Below, piece after piece: positions 25,646 to 39,739 of a stretch of DNA of 64,000 nt. Position 1 is the first letter of the stretch, and the number at the start of each line of letters is the position of its first letter. Origin of the DNA: Octopus vulgaris (lineage: Eukaryota); assembly GCA_951406725.2 (NCBI GenBank), contig OX597819.1:18972001-19036000 (forward strand). Reading direction: 5' to 3'. The notes below the pieces were generated by a model, which had not been told where the DNA came from, searched no databases, and saw nothing but the letters and a program-made list of their open reading frames with translations. Position numbers and translations under genes: made by a program.

Positions 25646-25830
25646 ATTCCCAAATCGCTTGACAACTGATGCTGGTGTGTTTACGTCCCCGTAACTTAGC
25701 GGTTCGGCAAAAGAGACCGATAGAATAAGTAGTAGGCTTCCAAAGAGTAAGTCCTGGGGTCGATTTGCTCGACTAAAGGCGGTGCTGCAGCTTGGCCACA
25801 GTCAAATGACTGAAATAATTAAAAGAAAAA
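25427..25830 (+). mobile_element. tRNA-derived CORE-like SINE family S2, full length, internal (TA)n(TG)n
   Basis: A box TGGCTGTGTGG, B box GGTTCAGTCC, CORE-like ACCTTGGGCAAGTGTCTT, tail GGCGGTGCTGCAGCTTGGCCACAGTCAAATGACTGAAA. Confidence 0.9.
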
Positions 25831-26897
25831 AAATATAAACTTACACGATATATATAAAACTTCAGTGACTTACAAAAATCTTCGCAGTTGTTTAACGTAG
25901 CCTTCCTTAGGAAATAATAAAAGAAAAACTGAAATATATTAAACTTCCGAGCAAAAGATACAGCAGTAGATTCATCTGTCCTTTCTTATCTATTATGGTT
26001 TAATGTTTTCAGAGACAGTAATGCGGTCAAGCTGGAGCACCACTCCGAAGGATTTAGTCTGGAGTATTTGTTATAGGGACAAATGCACTGAATGCTGATT
26101 TCTATGGATGAGATATTTTTGAATTGCCAACACCAAAACAAATTTATTCTTCGTAAATTTGTTTTAGCGACATATTGAATGAATCGGAATTGTATTGTTG
26201 CAAAATTTTTTGAAAATCTAAGATTGTTTACGCGATTTTTCGTCTCCCATAATTAATCCCTGAATATTTACATTTCTGCTATAAACTGAACTCGTTTGTA
26301 TTTTAAAAAATCGTTTGTATTTAAGTGTTGCTAAAACGCATTTCGCTGGAGACTGATTGCTGACTCCGCTTTTTCTGCTATAACGAAAAGCAGCTTGACT
26401 TTCCTTATTAAACCTCATGGAACTTGTCTCATTATTTATTTAACATCACTCGTTTTCTCTGTACTCTCGGTATATATATATTTATATACATATGTCTTTC
26501 AATACCATTTTATTCTGCTTTGTTGTGTTCTGCTTATATATTATTGATATTTGCCGTCTCTTTCTTCCAGTTATCCTACAATCACTTTAATACATCAACT
26601 GCTTACTTTATCCTCCTAATCTGTGTCTCCATTCAGTCTGTTGTTTACAAACCAGATAATTATCAAATTCTTATTCACCTTCATACAACCATCTCATAAA
26701 CAATCTTTCGCCATTACGTTATTATATCGAATACTTCCTGGTCTATTGTTTCTCTAATTTCCGCTACTCTGTTAACATTCAACTCTCTTTTCCTCTTTCC
26801 TCTTTTAATTATTTCAGTCAGTGGACAACGGTCGTGTCGGGGCCCCTACATTGTAGGTCTTAGTCGGGCAAATCGAAACCAGTCTTCATTTTTAGAA

Positions 26898-27011
26898 GGG
26901 TGCTAGGACAATTCCTCGTCGGTTAATTTGTCCCCGGTCAATTTGTCCCCGTTCAATTTGTCGTTAATCAATTCATCCCCAGGACAATTAGTTGCTGGCC
27001 AATTCGTCCCA
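26898..27011. repeat. Seven tandem ~15-bp units (GGWCAATTYGTCCCC), probable DNA-transposon subterminal repeat
   Basis: Units start at 26906, 26921, 26936, 26951, 26966, 26982 and 26997. Confidence 0.75.
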
Positions 27012-27421
27012 AAGCACTTTTGAATATGATTTTCGAGGAATGTTTAAAACAACAACTTTCCTTTTCTTTCCTTTTATGTATTTTTCTTCACTCTGTTGAC
27101 GCTCCATGTTTCAGATCGGATGTGTTACAAAATATGACAAATATTATTCGCAGAAATTTCTTTGGCAACACTGTAGGACATTGGAAGCAAAAACGGCTGT
27201 TAGATAGGATAGTGTTATGTATTAAAAAAATAATCGATGGTGGTGAATTGTTGTTGATCAAGATTTCTCCATTTTCTACTTAATTTAAGTATGATTCCTG
27301 ATAAACATTTTTATCCATCAATTCATTGTTGGGCACTCATTCGAATTGTTCGGCCATATTTACATCTGACTGTGTGTATGTATGTATATTACTATGTATG
27401 CATTATGTACACACGTACGTT

Positions 27422-27468
<47 letters not shown>

Positions 27469-27890
27469 TCAATATAGGATAGCAAAAAATTCAGCAGAAA
27501 TTATTTTGCTACCAGCGGTCTAGTGAGAAAAAAGGAAATAGTCAGAGACTATTTATAAATTCAACAGCAAATTAAGGAGTACGATGATTTTGAAAATTTT
27601 AGGTTAGATATTGCCGAAGCGGTAGTGGTGCTGCCTCGTGTAAATATCTCTCCCTCCTGGCTTACTTTACTGATGAATCTGTTGGCCTATGGAAGATTAG
27701 CTTGATTTAATTTAATCAGGCTGATTTACCATTAAAAAACGATGAAACAATGCATTGTATAAAGTGAAACAGGGTAAATGTTTCTTAATTTTCTCCTGAT
27801 TTACGGAATTACTACTATTTTGCGGTTGAAGCCTTGGCTGTTATTTCTAGTGGGTCGAACGGCCTATTATGGCCGTTCCTTAATTTGCTG

Positions 27891-27961
<71 letters not shown>

Positions 27962-28967
27962 AGAGAGAGATAACATTTGCTGTAGCTGTGAGACTAGTTG
28001 TTGGTGGAAGTAGTCACATTTCTAAACTTGTCAAAGAATGGATTTTCTGAATGTCAAACATTGGCAAGTTATGGCTAACATGGATCACATGGAATTAAGT
28101 TGCTCAAATACGAACAATTAAGCAACGATTAGATTTAATCTCTACACACAGCGCAGCGGAATTTTTTAGAAGGTTTTTTGCATTCATTTCATATTGAGGT
28201 TTATCTTATCACGTCACAACTTAAGCAAACCTCTGACACTGTAGCCTCGGATTGTGACTTGTGTTATGTGTACCATCTGGACACATGGAAAAAAAGGTAT
28301 GTGCTGTTTCGTTTTCTAGATTCTTTCCATACTTCAAATATCCATTTGCATAATTCTCCAATTTATCATGATGACTCTGACGTAAAATTTGGCATATGTA
28401 AGACGTGTCAACGAATTAACCAACTATTTTCATGTCAATTTAACCTATAATATCTATACGATATCCCTTTACGTAAGGGTAACATTTGAAAAGTAGAGAC
28501 GAAGTAAATATTTTAAGAGCATAGCGTGAGATATATTGTTGTGAATACCAAAAACAAAAATCAGCATTCCTATCAACACAATATCATTAAAGATAGCGAA
28601 TAAATGCATAGGAAGAAAACTAAAGCTTCCCTCAGGATAATACAGGTGTCAAACACTTAGACCTGCAACCAGAACAAAAAAATATCATTACTATTCACAT
28701 CATAGATTCTTGTTCGGTATCCCTGTGAAAGTTGATTATAAGAAGTGTAGTGAGAAAATTCAACACGGCATGTACCCGATAATCATTGACATGTGCTACA
28801 GTTGAGCGTTAAATTATTTTAAAATAAATAAATAAATAACATATAAAAAAATAAATAAACATATACAAGGAATGCAGAATCGTCTTTCTTAATATAAAGA
28901 AAATATAACAATATGGAAGAGAATAAGAAATGTTATTATAATTAAAGTCATTATTATTATTGATATT

Positions 28968-29057
28968 CTTAATAATAATGACAATAAAAATAATAATAAT
29001 AATAATAATAACGCAACAATACTACTAATAATAATAGTAGCATTAGTAGTAGTAGTA

Positions 29058-29151
<94 letters not shown>

Positions 29152-29176
29152 TAATAATAATAATAATAATAAATTA

Positions 29177-29228
<52 letters not shown>
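28968..29228. repeat. (TAA)n followed directly by inverted (TTA)n
   Basis: Strand switch at about 29172-29177. Confidence 0.95.
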
Positions 29229-29471
29229 TGATCAGAGAAATAAGGCTCGTAATTTTGATAATAATGATAAGCAAGTGTTAATGATAATAATTAGAGTAAT
29301 GATAATACTAATGTTAATAGTAGTACTATTAACTGCAATGAAACAAAGTTATTTTTCTTGCACTGGGACCACGTAATGTACTTTGCGTTACGGAAATAAT
29401 TATGTAGCTGTAAACTACAGATTTAGTAACAAACCTGATTTTTTAAATCCCATACATAATAAAGCTGCCGA

Positions 29472-29553
<82 letters not shown>

Positions 29554-30776
29554 CAACAAACAAAACTAAAATTACAGTATAAAGTAATATATTTATTGTT
29601 ATGATAGTGACGTTGGTATTAACTCTATAAAACCAGATTTATATCAATAAATTACAAATAAAATGAGACAATAATAATAAAAGTGGTTATAATAGTAGAG
29701 ATATTAACGGTAGTTATTACTAACAGAATTATTCGTATTGTTATTACTGTTCTTATAATTATGTTAATTAAAATAATATATTCTAAGACATTTTGAATCA
29801 AGCTGTGTTCTGTAATGTCAGCGCGAAATTAATTTTCAGGCAAAAAAAAAATGGCTGAAACATGTCTTGAAGAAATCCTTCAGTTAAAGCAACTTTCTTA
29901 ATTGATCAGCGTTTCTTTTATGCCTTCTTTATGTGATTTTAAATTCATTTTCTTTCATTGTTGTAATTTTTGGATGCAAAATATTTTCTCTCCCCAACTC
30001 ACTCTATCTTTATCTCTGCCTTTGTCATCGTCTTTCCCTTTCCTCGTTATCAAAACACCTTCGACCGCACGCTCCATCTCATCTTCCTAGTCAAGTTCAG
30101 TTATTACTAAGATGAGGAGAAACAGCTGAGGCAATTCTGTTCCTTAATCTTTTATTATGTGAGAATATTCCATTTTATATATTTTTTTCTCTTTGTCGAT
30201 ATCTTCTTAGGTTTTGTAATTTTGAACTCTATGAAAGAAACACACAAAAAAGGCAATATCCCCCTTTTTCTTGCAAATATTCTGTAATTTTCCCCTTCAT
30301 TTCAAAGTTACACAATGCGCAATGGCAGAGAAATTCTTCGTTTGACACGAATGCAATGGAATATAGCTTCAGGTTGAGGTTAATAACGGTATCTTGTTGC
30401 GTCATATGTTCCTTTCAAAAACCGACATACAAAATACATTCATACAGTGATGGATGAAAACCACACATCTCGCACCCTCTCTCTCTCATATATATATATA
30501 ATATATACAACCATACACATATACACAAATACACACACATTCGTATGCGTGTATATACATATACATACACATATACATATCAGAAACACGTGCGTGTATG
30601 TTTGTTAAGATGTATATATATACATGTAACTCAATTTATCTGTCTATCCTATAGAGTGTGCTTGTCTGTGTATTATAGACACACACATATATATTTTTTA
30701 TAAATGTATATATGTATGCATATACGTATATGTGTATATATACACATACATATACATACATATGTACATATACATA

Positions 30777-30843
<67 letters not shown>

Positions 30844-31054
30844 CTGTATTTCGGGATGGTCAATTTTAAAAACATTTTTTGCCAAATAGACAAACGCGCT
30901 ATATATTTGTTCTTCACTCGTTTATGACTGTACTTATTTTTCATTTTATTTTAACGCTCATCCATTGTCCGGGAATATTTCGTCAATACATGTTTCAAGA
31001 CACGATTTCACAGCTGGAATCTTGGAACACAAATTGATAAACGTTTGTACACAT

Positions 31055-31452
31055 ATATATACACGTTTATCAATATATATTTTTCTCTCCTTGTTTTTCT
31101 CCTTGTTTTTTCCTGTGTCCCTTTCTGTAGAAGAGCGTTGGCTCGAAACGTAAAATACTTTTTCTATTCCTGAGCGTTATACTAATACATCTGTTTGTTT
31201 CGTACACCACCGGTCTTCGTCTTTTTTTTTTTTCTAAACTCTCCCACTATGTGACTGCGTGTGTACCGTTGGCGATTTTTTCCCTCCGTCTTCCCTTCTC
31301 TGGATCTTTCCTTTTCCTATGTTTCTGACGAAGAGCTCCGCTCGAAATGTTAAACCCTCTTTCTTCATTTCCTTCCTGAGCGTCCAATAACACTATTTTT
31401 GTTCCACGTCCTCGAGTTGTTTTCTCTTTGTGTCTTCATGTTTGGATTAACT
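31055..31452 (+). mobile_element. Two tandem, related Penelope-like pseudo-LTR units, each with a minimal hammerhead motif
   Basis: CTTT-CTGTAGA-A-GAGC(GTTG)GCTC-GAAA-CGTA-AAAT at 31121-31156 and GTTT-CTGACGA-A-GAGC(TCC)GCTC-GAAA-TGTT-AAAC at 31321-31355; both are followed by TTCCTGAGCGT. Confidence 0.7.
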
Positions 31453-31608
31453 ATATATATATATATATCCCAGAGCGAGTTTAAATTGAGTAAATAATCC
31501 TGCTGGTTTGTATGTTTCCTCTTTAATCGGTTTCAGACGCTAACAATAATTTGCAGACGCTGATACCTTTTCACGCCTTCTCACTTTTCACTCTCTATCT
31601 CTGTCTGT

Positions 31609-31685
<77 letters not shown>

Positions 31686-32171
31686 CATGTATGTTTTGGT
31701 GTTCATTCAAATGTTCGTTTTCAGAATTTACTAGATTATCCAGATACAATATTTATAATCACATGATTTAAAACTGAAGACCTTCTCTTGTTCAGTCAAA
31801 CTTTGCTCTGTATTTCTGCGTATTCTCGTTCAAAGGCTCTCCTCATTTCGTCGACCGTAAGCGGTTTCGTACGGGGATATCTCTCAAAGGGATTACCTTT
31901 CATCGGGAAGCCAGCGGATATACGACCCGATGGTTAGAGAGGGAAGACGGGATAAGAATGAAAGGTTGACGGCTGTCCATGGAAATGAAGTAGTGTTGCA
32001 GAGCTGCAAAATAATCTGGGTCTTCTATTTGCTGTATATGGAGTTACACCGAAAAGTATGGACCACAACAGGTTGTAGATTATGCTCTCAGCCTTTCGGT
32101 GGTGTGAGGATAACAAGAGAGGATAGCTTTATATTTGTCAGTGTGCTATTGATATACATTCTGTTATTTTC

Positions 32172-32369
32172 ATTCTTTTATTCATTTATTTGTTTCAGTC
32201 GTTTGACTGCGACCATGCTGGACCACCACCTTTAGTTGAGCAAATCGAACTCAGGACTTTTTCTTTGTAAGCCTACCACTTATTTTATCGGTCTCTTTTG
32301 CCGAACCACTAAACACAACAGCATCGGTTGTGAAGCGATACTGGGGGGAAAACACAGACACAGACACAG

Positions 32370-32434
<65 letters not shown>

Positions 32435-32582
32435 CGAGGGGCTTCTTTCAGTTTTCGTCTACCAAATCCACGGCCTGAGGCTATAGAAGAAGTCACTTTC
32501 TCAAGGAGCCACGCAGTGGGACTGAATCCGGAACCAAGTGGTTGATTAACAAGCTACTTAGCACACAGTCACTCCTGCACCA
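32172..32582 (-). mobile_element. SINE family S2
   Basis: Reverse complement of the 25427-25830 architecture, with internal (CA)n(TA)n. Confidence 0.85.
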
Positions 32583-32967
32583 GTCTATAAATATTACATA
32601 TTTTCTATTTTGTACATATCTTCTCTTAATTTCTGCTCTCTGTGTTATTGTATATGGGGTATTTAACTTTCAGTTGCCAATATTCCAGAAAACCCCAAAC
32701 TACAAATATTACGGTCAATCCAATTTAACATACTCCTTTCTTTGATTAAACACGTTTAACACATGAAGAAATATAGTCTGCGCGTTTATAAGATGTCAGA
32801 GTGTGATATGAGGGAGATTTAGCTACCCGTTTCAGCAGATCCGCGAGGCATTTTGCAGTTTCTTCGCTAATTAATCAATCTAAAACAGTTTTCTGTAAAG
32901 TACACCTTTCACATCATTTCCTATGAATGATTTTGTAGTACATTTTCAGAGGAGCATAGACAAACAC

Positions 32968-32978
32968 TGCTGCTGCTG

Positions 32979-33026
<48 letters not shown>

Positions 33027-33201
33027 CTCCTCCTCCTCCTCCTACTACTACTACTACTACTACTACTATTGCTGCTGATGACGTCTATTAGTAATGATAA
33101 CGGTCGTAATAATAGTAATAGCAACATTATTAATAGTAGCATTAATTACAATAACAACAACAATAATAAGAATAATGATAACATCCACAATAACAATAAC
33201 T

Positions 33202-33271
<70 letters not shown>

Positions 33272-33324
33272 TAATAATAATAATAATAATAGTAATAATA
33301 ATAATGATAATAACAATAATAATG

Positions 33325-33385
<61 letters not shown>

Positions 33386-33399
33386 TGATGATGATGATG

Positions 33400-33430
<31 letters not shown>

Positions 33431-33449
33431 CAACAACAACAACAACAAC

Positions 33450-33514
<65 letters not shown>

Positions 33515-33872
33515 TAATAATAGCAATAATATCTCGGAGTGGTGTACTTTAAAACAGTTAGTCTATATTTCCCTCTTTATTATGTACCGATTCTCTTTCT
33601 ATAAATCTATTTTAGCTTTGTTTTTTCTTTCTCTACATTTTCTCCATTTCGCTCGAAGCTATAGCGCATGCGTTTAATTATTGCGCTTCAGTCAGAATTT
33701 TCTTGGAAGTCTTTAAAACAACACATTGCTTAAAGCGAAACATCTCACATGCTTGTAATTCTGCGTTATCAAGAACATTCACGAAAGCATATTTTATTAT
33801 TATTACTATCGTTGCTGTTGTTGTTGTTGTTCTTCTTCTTCTTCTACTCATTATTATTATTATTATTATTAT

Positions 33873-33937
<65 letters not shown>

Positions 33938-33959
33938 TTGTGTTATTCCTAATAATAAT

Positions 33960-34055
<96 letters not shown>

Positions 34056-34215
34056 AAGAAGAAGAAGAAGAAGAAGAAGAAGAAGAAGAAGATGAAGAAG
34101 AATAGCAACACAAAAACAACATGTTATGATAATGGTTTTGAGATGATGATGGCGATGATGATGCAGAGGAGGAAGTGGAGGAAGCGGGGGATGAGCAGCA
34201 GTAGCAGCAGCAGCA
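32968..34215. repeat. Large compound trinucleotide microsatellite field (CTA, CTC, TAA, GAT, CAA, GTT, CTT, TAG, GAA, GCA)
   Basis: Directly visible; interrupted by unique sequence at about 33530-33790. Confidence 0.9.
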
Positions 34216-35015
34216 AAAGCGGAGGAGGTTTTCCTTTAGCACAAAGTGACGAATATTGTGATCATTGTAAAAACAATTACCAAAAATAAAACAAAAAATA
34301 AATGCCTGATAGAGGGGGTTCGTATCGACTGTTTTATAGCTGCCAACTCAGATCTCTGCCTGCCTTTGTTTCCTGAAGTAGAACAGTGAAGCAATCTTCA
34401 CCATAGGCTCGACAAATAATCAGATCGATCCTACAGGTAACAAGAATTGATTGAAAAGTAACCACCTGGAGTTATGGCAGTTTATTTCACATGGCTCTAG
34501 TCCACTCACATGTCAAACATAAATAGTACCTGTAATTCAATGGCGACCAGCCTTGTCATATTCTGTGTCACGCTGAATCCCTCTGAGAACTACATTAAGG
34601 GTACACATATATGTGGAGTGCTCCTGAATGTGTAGGTTTATTTCACGAGCAGGCTGTTCATTTGTTTGGCTCAGTTGTAAACCCAGGTCGACGCAACCGA
34701 CGAAGAACCTATATTTATACTGAAGAACCTTAAAACTGCCAAGATAGAAATTCTTGGAAGTTGTCAACGTCACTCGTAATTATAAGCAGGTGAACCTTGT
34801 CGACGCCCAGGATCTTCGAGACAACGTCATTACTTTTGCTCCCCAATGTACGTCTTAAGAATGGTTCTGCTTGCCACTGGTCGCCATGATATAATGATAG
34901 AGAATTGTGTATACTTGAACTATTTACGGTTATGAGGCTTCCATACGTAATCGCCAAAACGAAGCGCTCCCTAAGTAGTATTCTTCTCTAACATTAAACA
35001 AATATATCAGTAACC

Positions 35016-35255
35016 TATTTCTTTACTACCCACAAGGGGCTAAACACAGAAAGGACAAACAAGGACAGACAAACGCATTAAGTCGATTATAACGACCCAG
35101 TGCGTAACTGGTACTTATTTTAATCGACCCCGAAAGGATGAAAAGCTAAGTCGACCTCGGCGGAATTTGAACTCAGAACGTAACGGCACACGAAATACCA
35201 CATACCGCTAAGCATTTCGTCCAGCGTGCTAATGTTTCTGCCAGCTCGCCGCCTT
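35016..35255 (-). mobile_element. SINE family S1, full length, 14-bp TSD
   Basis: TSD ATATATCAGTAACC at 35002-35015 and 35260-35273. Confidence 0.92.
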
Positions 35256-35502
35256 ATATATATATCAGTAACCCGTTATCTCTACGTAAATATCGGCCTC
35301 GGTCACGAGTCACGATGTTCACGAAGAATTCATTAACAGAAAATGAAGCTTCTTAATGCAGAAGACGATAAGCCACATAATGTTGAAACGAAAAAGAACG
35401 AACGACTTCACATAGGTTTAAAATAAACATGCAATTTATACGTACCTTGTATTTTCAACACCATTAAGCACTAGAAACCCCTGAAGCCTACTCTTGGTGA
35501 GA

Positions 35503-35546
35503 TTTATGTCCAAATAGATATCAGTTTATGTCCAAATAGATATCAG
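35503..35546. repeat. Exact 22-bp tandem duplication
   Basis: TTTATGTCCAAATAGATATCAG twice. Confidence 0.95.
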
Positions 35547-35549
35547 GCT

Positions 35550-36400
35550 CAAACGAAATCCAGTCCTTTTATGAGGCTTTTCTATTCAGGGACCAATGTC
35601 GCTGGAATAGATTAACCATAGGGTGTGCAAAGTTGCAGACCTTCTGGTTGGTTTGTGGTTTAATTCATTTATGTTTTACCAGTTACTATGGCTTCATTAT
35701 AATTCCTCTCACAGAATTATTCCAGTAAACAACAAATTTTGGAGTATATCGGTCAATGGAAAATCAAAAGCCTATTTCGTTTCACCTCGCTGAACCCGTT
35801 GCTCTTGATAAATCTAAGTTTCAGAAAGTTCACAGCTTTTGCACTCATCCCTTTCAGTTGCTACAAAGGTAGAAAGTGAGGCATTTAAATATTTATAACA
35901 AATTACTTCATAGCTTTCACGCATTCCTAACGCGATCCTAATATATTTAATGCGATTCGCACAACTAAAACCCAGCATATACTGAACTGCTACCATGTCT
36001 GCAGCTATCGGGTCATTTAGTCCCTGCATTATGTCTACTATCTTACACAGATCAACATAATAGCCGGCGTTTTTGCTCAATCCAAAATCATTTCTATTTT
36101 GGCTGACATTTGATCATTAACGTATTCATTCGTGACCATTATCTCTTTTTTTTTATAGAGTCTTTTTATTAAGAATTCATTATTCAGTGTATTAAATCTA
36201 CTAATTCATTATATATTACTTCATCAAATTTTAACAGCATTCTCTCTGATTAGAAAAAATACAGCTGGTATTTCTGGTGGGGTGAATCTCATTGAAGCTT
36301 TTCTATCGGTGTCTTCCTCACAACGTTTTCCAGAAAAGGGTATATATCTGAAAAAGGAGAATGCCAAAAGGTCTGTTCTGTGTTTGTTAAAACGTTAAAA
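35550..36400 (-). mobile_element. Possible highly degenerate DNA-transposon ORF (Academ-like)
   Basis: Weak motifs in the expected order: FLIRENAVKI, VDLCKIV..VAVQYMLGF, PTRRSATLHTLW (compare PPT.DA..LH.LR). Recognition is by eye only. Confidence 0.25.
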
Positions 36401-37477
36401 TGTGGAGAGCTGATTAGAGTCATCAGGGAATCTGCCTCCTTATTTAATAACAATGTTCTTCTCTGAAATAACTGTTTGTAAAAGAACCTTCAGTCTGGTT
36501 CCCTTCCACAATATATGTCGTTAACAGTATTGCTCCGGTAAACCCTCCGGGTAAATGTTGTCAATTTTATTGAGCATTTCTCCAACGTTAGTTTACACCA
36601 GTTTAGTGAAACGAAGGCAACCAGCTAAAAAGGGGTAGAGATATAGGTACCAACTTCGATATAATCCATCTACCAGATAAAGGAATACGTTTATATTTGA
36701 CTGCATATAACTTATTTTATGGCACATAACTTCCCTTCAAATATTCCGGTCCATAAATCTAGCAGAGAAGAGAGCAAGCAAAGCAATATCATGCTCCGAT
36801 ATAGTGATGTGTCATACATTAAAACAGAAATCACGTTGAAATAGCTGACAGTTATAAACAATATTTCCGTGTTCACATCGCCTAAATACATAAAATTCGT
36901 CCATCTATCTCTTCGCAGTTAGTGAAGTTATGATTATGTTTCATGTTTTATATTAGCATTTCCGTTCACGGTCTGTATAACAATGACTGCAATGCAAATA
37001 GAGGAGGACTAATTGTTAAACATAATTATCAAGAACATCTTTGGTAGATGTCAGATTTGTTTGTCGGTTGTCACGGTCGAAGACAGATAATTGTCCGTTA
37101 TGACGTTTTGGTATTCATAGACATTTGTAGATTAACTACACAAATCATACACATACGAAAGCAGATACACAGGCGCACCGGCACACACATTCACACAAGC
37201 AATGGTGATCACACTAACGCAGAAACAATCACAGAAATACACTCAGATAAATCGTGTAGGACACGTTCAAGAAGGGAGAGATGAAAAAAAAAGAGAGAAA
37301 TATGTAGAGAAAGACAGACAGGGAAAGAGACAGACAGAGAAATAGCTAGCTAGCTAGATGGATATATAGATAATTAGATAGCTAGATAGATTGATTGACT
37401 GGCTGATAGATACATGGATAGATAGACGGACAGAAATATATATATATATATATATCAAGATAGATAGATAGATGGAC

Positions 37478-37563
<86 letters not shown>

Positions 37564-39105
37564 CAATATACACACATGCACAGAAACATAGATTAATACA
37601 CACAAACACATATACATATTGTTTTATAAACGCAGAAATACATACATATATATCTCTATACAAATAGGCACGCACAAATTTATATGTATATATGTGTAAC
37701 TATGTAAGTGTGTTTGTGAGTAGAAATGTTTATGGCTGTGTTTCTGTGAATATGTGTCTATGAGTCTCTGTGTATATGATTCTGGAATTATGTATATGTG
37801 TGTGATTAGACTGATTCTAAGGATCAAAGGAAGAAAGCGAACAATACATTTGTTTCAATTTTTATTCATAAGACGTGTTCGTAGCTCTGAGAAAACTTAT
37901 CAGAGTCGAGATAAAAACAAGGAAAAAATTTATCGCAGCCGGGACAAAAATGATTATTGTAATAGTCTATTAGTTATGGCTGCCTTTTTTTTGTTTGTAG
38001 CTTTAGCATTTTTTCTATCGTTTTATCGTCGTTAATTATATTGCATTATGAACAACGACGTCCATACATACGTAGAAAAATACAAATTTACATACATATA
38101 TGTGTGTGTTTGTGTGTGTGTATCTATGAGTATACAGCTATATTTATATGCGTGTATATATATATATATAGATATATATATATATATATGTATGCATATA
38201 TATATGTATGCATATATATATGCATGTGTATATACATATTATATATATATATTTAGATATAAAGACAAATACATAGATATATAGATTGATAGATAGATAG
38301 GTACGTGTATATATATATATATATATATATGTATATGTATGTATGTGTATATACACAGTTGTGCGTGTGCGTGTGTGTTTCTGTGTGCCTGTGTCTACAT
38401 GTATGTTTGTATTTATATTATCTAAGACAGTATTATTGCAAAGCAAATGACTTGCACGAATTTGTTTCTTTTTAAGGAAAGAACAGTTTTCACTGAACGA
38501 CGTACGTGATAGATTGAAGTTATACTTCGATAGTTCCCTCACGATCATCGATACCAAACAGACACCGAAAAATATTTAAATTTCCGCTATATGAAATGGG
38601 AAGATAATTTCGAAAATTTAAAAGATACTTTAGAAGAATATAACAATCTCATTTTACTTCTCTTTCACTCAGCTACACTGATGTCAGCAAACTGAAGGCA
38701 GAACGCTATGCTCAAAATATTCACTTATCCTTCGGTCCATTCTTCAACATCTTTATTGAAGTTATCCAGTTATTACAGTCAGAATTCCTAGCAATGTCAT
38801 ATCAATTAATTTTACATATCTTTCAGAATAATGTGTATAAATTAAAAAAATTAAATGCACTGTTACATCGTCATCGTGACAAGTACAAACCGTTATTTTC
38901 CTTCTTTTCTTTCTTTCTTTCTTTCTTTCTTTCGTTCTTTCTCTCTTTCTTTCTCTCTCTCTCTCTCTGTATACATATACATATATGTATCAACGTAAGT
39001 CTATATATGCATACATATAAATACACACACACATACATATGTAAGCACATATATATGTATGAAAATACTATATATACATATATATCTATATATATATTTG
39101 TGCTT

Positions 39106-39197
<92 letters not shown>

Positions 39198-39439
39198 GGT
39201 CGCCAGGTAGGAAATTTGTAGTAAGGTATATGGTAAACCTTGACAGCTGCTCATTTTGCGCCATTATTATATTTTGAGAATATGTCTTTTTGTTAGAAAG
39301 CTGACACATCTATTTCTTTATTCTGACTCATTTTGCGCTTTATAAAATATTTATAAATCGGTTTTTGCTACTTTTGTTTAGAGAGGGATAGGTCGGAAAT
39401 TCGTACAGTTTAGAAATTTGAGTTCTTTATTGGAAATAC

Positions 39440-39725
39440 AGCATCACAGTCAGCTCGGAAAATTAATGGAGTATTTCGTTCCCATGTTATTACACAGCAG
39501 ACAGTATCAAAGTAGTTTGCAAAATTTCGTTCTGGTAACTTTCACCCCACAAATGAGCAACGCGGTCGACCAGAAACAAAGGTGGATAATATTCAACTGA
39601 AAGCCACCATCGAGTCAGATCCATCTCAAAGTGTCCGTGAATCATTGCTGTGCTTTGGTTTTAGCAGCCAAATAATATTGACTCACCTAGTTCAAATAGT
39701 TAAAGTGGGTTCCTGTGATTGTATC
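39440..39725 (+). mobile_element. Mariner transposase N-terminal fragment
   Basis: FRSGNFHPTNEQRGRPETKVDNIQLKATIESDPSQSVRE..FGFSSQIILTHLVQI..WVP. Confidence 0.8.
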
Positions 39726-39739
39726 CTGTGAGTTTTACG

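Noticed and set aside
31760-32130. Possible Penelope ORF remnant on the minus strand
   Set aside because: Only LTHH/FP-like hints; not enough conserved residues.
34500-34960. Possible SINE tail and endonuclease-like remnant
   Set aside because: Single occurrence in the window and no diagnostic motif that I can verify.
37887-37952. Imperfect 33-bp tandem duplication (EKTYQSRDKNK/EKIYRSRDKND)
   Set aside because: Two diverged units only, with no coding context.
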